Source: Mesotaenium endlicherianum (Eukaryota). From it: 64,000 bases of DNA. Position numbers and translations under genes: made by a program. Below are positions 63,608-64,000 of this stretch, one piece after another; positions within the stretch are counted from its first letter, which is position 1, and each line of letters opens with the position of its first letter. The stretch covers positions 394,986-458,985 of the forward strand of contig WELA01000694.1 in assembly GCA_009602735.1 (NCBI GenBank). Reading direction: 5' to 3'. The notes beneath the pieces were generated by a model. That model saw only the letters and a list, made by a program, of their open reading frames with translations. It searched no databases and had not been told where the DNA came from.

Positions 63608-64000
63608 ATGGCTGCAGTTGTGTCAATAATGAAAGGCATAAAGGCTCCACGTAAAAAAAAAGCCTCGCAGAGGGGGAGTAGAGGTAGTAGATGTGGCGGT
63701 TGCACAGGGTGACGTGCCTGCCACCTTAGAAGTTTTAGCTGGCACGATAGAAGTTTCCGTGACTGTCACACGGGATGGGGGTGATATCACTGAGCAAGAA
63801 TTCAGGAAGCTTGGTGTTTATTTGAACCAGGCTTATGTACAAAGGGGGCTCTTTGGAAGGGAGACGGGTGGAACTTGTTTCCACGACCATGCTCTGGGGA
63901 TTCTAATGGTTAATTTGAAATTGGCTAGCGTTGTTACGAAAGACCTGAAACGGTTTATGGGTTGGAGTGCCGGGCCTTGGGGGAGGACGACTTTGGAAGG
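63608..64000 (+). CDS. Replitron-like HUH endonuclease, N-terminal part (runs off the window; one frameshift in the A9 run at 63653-63661)
   Basis: Translates as ...IEVSVTVTRDGGDITEQEFRKLGVYLNQAYVQRGLFGRETGGTCFHDHALGILMVNLKLASVVTKDLKRFMGW.... The pattern S.T.....D / E.G....H.H..G / ..GW recalls Replitron HUH proteins. aaaaATGGC start context. Confidence 0.65.

Overview
Eukaryotic genomic DNA, probably from a streptophyte green alga or early-diverging plant. This is inferred from GC-rich spliced host genes with plant-type products and from chromoviral LTR elements; the species cannot be read from the sequence. The first ~5.5 kb holds two spliced host genes: the 3' end of a GT23/alpha-1,6-fucosyltransferase-like gene (+) and BLOS1/BLOC1S1 (-). 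The rest is mostly Ty3/gypsy retroelements. (i) A decayed element (~7.1-16.2 kb) whose polyprotein carries a C5 cytosine DNA methyltransferase between protease and RT and ends in a PHD finger. (ii) An intact, young chromovirus, family A (18034-26852, TSD CATAC), with a -1 frameshift signal and a conserved extra ORF3 of unknown function that is preceded by splice signals. (iii) A decayed chromovirus B (29380-35255, TSD CATGA). (iv) A nested pile of further family A copies, a solo LTR carrying a tRNA-Arg-like segment, and element D (38.4-57.8 kb). (v) A minus-strand gag related to the methyltransferase element. (vi) At the window end, a Replitron-like HUH endonuclease reading frame that is missing from the ORF track, next to a shortened family-A-like LTR. 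An N gap (16464-17187) and four single-N joins limit structural certainty. All domain calls are by-eye motif recognition; no searches were run.
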